From NCBI RefSeq assembly GCF_036321535.1, contig NC_087436.1:106642001-106706000 (forward strand): a DNA stretch of 64,000 nt. The letters run 5' to 3'. How positions within the stretch are numbered: position 1 is the stretch's first letter; each line of letters opens with the position of its first letter. Shown piece after piece: positions 63,001-64,000 of the stretch. The DNA comes from Camelus dromedarius (taxonomy: Eukaryota). The notes beneath the pieces are model-generated. The model saw only the letters and a program-made list of their open reading frames with translations. It searched no databases and was not told the origin of the DNA. The translations under genes were made by a program, and so were the position numbers.

Positions 63001-64000
63001 AGATGAAAAATTATCAAAGGATTTGGTGCATTTTTGACTATGCTACACTCTGGATTATCCATTTGGGGCATAGATATTTGTGCCAATGTTTCAATAGTGG
63101 GATAGCCCGCACTCCAGCATTCATTAAAAGGTTATCCATAGAGGAATCCTTTTTATAACTGTACCAAGGAAAGAAACTTTTTGCTTAATATTTCTTATTT
63201 CATAATTTTCTTTGTTTTTTATTATGGTTGTATGCAGCATTTGTTATGGAATACTCAATTTGCAACTCTGATTAAAAAGGATATACCACCAATGGTATTT
63301 GTATAGTACAAAAAGATTGTTTGTCTACATGTGATTTAACATATCTTATATGGGACTAGTTATTAAGATAGGAATTATTATTTTATGAAAAAAAGTCAAT
63401 GTGGAAAATCAATGGATACTAAGACCAATAAGCAATAATAGTGTAAAATGAGAGATATTCCTTGACAATAAAAATCCTCAAGTCATAGAGAAATAATTTT
63501 ATGAACACATGGTTAAGAATCCAAAAGAGAAATTCTCTTCATATTAATAAGGTTTGACAAAGATAGCTATGCTTGTATTTGATCAAAATTGGAGACAAAG
63601 CTTCTGAAGGGGCGTAGTTTTTGCAGTGGTAAGAACAGTTCCAGCTTTTGGGAGGATACTTTCATACTCTGTGCAAGAAAGAAAACAGGTAGAGACAGAA
63701 AGAAGAGAAAGATATTATTGTAATGTGAAACTTTATCTAGAAGTCACATTTTGAATTTAAAAAAATTACTTGTAACAAATACACTTTAAAATATAATATA
63801 CAATATCTGTCTCAGGAAGCTATATTTTCAAAGGTAAATTTTACCCCAAGAATACAGAGTGATTAGCATTCACAAATGTTCTCGTATAATATAAGTCATT
63901 TAAGACAATGACACATCAATGCAATTTGAAGACGTTGACTAACTTTCAGAGACCTTGATGGGGAAAAAACCATCCATTACAGAGACTTCTATTTTCATAT

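Noticed and set aside
79..63158. All ORFs in the supplied track as protein-coding genes
   Set aside because: All are 133 aa or shorter, many use non-ATG starts, many overlap repeats, and none resembles a cellular protein I recognise; this is expected noise in mammalian non-coding DNA.

Overview
AT-rich, CpG-poor, repeat-dense mammalian genomic DNA. It is most likely camelid (alpaca/llama/camel), inferred from a Vic-1-like tRNA-derived SINE at 8738-8903 and young artiodactyl-type L1 3' ends. I can support no protein-coding exon, RNA gene or CRISPR array; the ORF track is noise apart from one L1 ORF2 fragment at about 49147-49331. The window looks intronic or intergenic. It holds ancient repeats (MIR, L2, L1M, MLT1/MLT2, LTR33-, MER74- and MER44-like) and lineage-specific insertions (a SINE, three young L1 ends, four ERV1-type solo LTRs with 4-bp TSDs in 47.7-55.8 kb). 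Highlights: an L1 insertion that appears to combine a twin-primed 5' inversion with a 3' transduction carrying its own ATTAAA signal, and a 19-bp-periodic CAGATG E-box array near a DR1 site in a CpG-retaining patch. Also notable are the co-oriented solo LTR cluster, several nested insertions and candidate conserved non-coding elements. I found no convincing new biological system. Repeat family names come from my memory of consensus sequences, and boundaries of old repeats are approximate.
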